DNA of 64,000 nt, taken from contig JAKAOG010000002.1 in NCBI GenBank assembly GCA_021823325.1, positions 72,651-136,650 on the forward strand, in the 5' to 3' direction. The position numbers and the translations under genes were made by a program. The notes beneath the pieces are model-generated. The model did no database searches. It saw nothing but the letters and a program-made list of their open reading frames with translations, and was not told the DNA's origin. Positions 63,627-64,000 of the stretch are shown piece after piece. This DNA is from an archaeon. Lineage in GTDB: Archaea > Thermoproteota > Nitrososphaeria > Nitrososphaerales > Gagatemarchaeaceae. How positions within the stretch are numbered: the first letter of the stretch is position 1; the number at the start of each line of letters is the position of its first letter.

Positions 63627-64000
63627 TCACAGGAGGAGCGCCTTGGCGACGCCAGGCTCGCCCCTGGTGGAAAGGCAGACTCCCGGGAACCCTTCCGCCC
63701 GGATCTCCCTGAGGACGTCCCGTTCCAGTTTCGCAAGCTCCCTCTCGCCTCCCTGCGCCGCTTCGTGTAGCGGCTTCGGAAGCTTCCACCCGAACATCTC
63801 TTCGTATCGCCGGACGTCTTCCTCCCCTTTGAAGTGGAATACGCTCGGGATCACCCTGCCGGCGAGCCCCGACTTCTTCACCCGGGCAGCGTGTCGCTTC
63901 AGCGACGGTCCGGCGTCGGTCGTCGGGGGTTGGGCAATCAGGAAGTCGGCCCCGGAGACAATCCTTTGCCTTGCCCGACGCGCTCCCGCGGAACGACCGA
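63627..64000 (-). CDS. C-terminal part of a methylenetetrahydrofolate reductase (MetF)-like protein, 5'-partial at window edge
   Basis: The frame stays open upstream of GTG 63881 to nt 64000. My hand translation gives GADFLIAQPPTTD...RVIPSVFHF, which resembles the MetF C-terminal region. Confidence 0.45.
   Translation of the reverse strand, partial: GRSAGARRARQRIVSGADFLIAQPPTTDAGPSLKRHAARVKKSGLAGRVIPSVFHFKGEEDVRRYEEMFGWKLPKPLHEAAQGGERELAKLERDVLREIRAEGFPGVCLSTRGEPGVAKALLL

Noticed and set aside
1-64000. Looked for CRISPR arrays, rRNA, IS elements, integrases or att-like tRNA fragment repeats next to the two tRNA genes.
   Set aside because: No regularly spaced direct repeats, no transposase/integrase-like ORFs and no duplicated tRNA 3' segments were seen. 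By-eye scanning cannot exclude short or degenerate elements.

Overview
This is a high-GC (about 60-63% by eye), very gene-dense archaeal chromosomal segment. I call about 76 protein genes, 2 tRNAs and 1 riboswitch. I saw no rRNA, CRISPR array, transposase or integrase.

The archaeal assignment rests on TBP, a histone, Cdc48, ABCE1, class I LysRS, Cgi121, S17e, Fap7, ATP-dependent DNA ligase, Trm5, an intron-containing tRNA, and TATA-like boxes about 25-30 nt upstream of many starts (mostly leaderless). Protein composition is not halophile-like. I cannot assign the lineage from sequence alone.

Content is mostly housekeeping, plus:
- a Rieske/cytochrome b module with a divergent two-domain blue copper protein
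- a fluoride-riboswitch-controlled crcB operon
- an hsp20-cdc48 operon divergent from a wHTH regulator
- an ABC-2 exporter
- a peptide ABC importer next to a cytoplasmic NlpC/P60 peptidase and LysA
- a surface-glycan cluster at the right end

The candidates I find most worth a second look are:
1. The left-edge cluster: two TadB/C-like proteins, a tiny class III signal peptide pilin and a HerA/VirB4-clade ATPase (1-3127).
2. A ParB/Srx-fold (SerK-like) gene translationally coupled to a GG-terminated ubiquitin-like protein (12485-13560).
3. A possible bacterial murein-peptide salvage module (39033-48154).
4. A 440-bp GC-rich ORF-less gap (15761-16200).
5. A tRNA-Arg whose cloverleaf only closes if a 16-nt intron sits inside the anticodon stem.

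All calls come from reading the sequence and the ORF track. No searches or folding programs were run. Start codons are often ambiguous, and many first in-frame starts are TTG.
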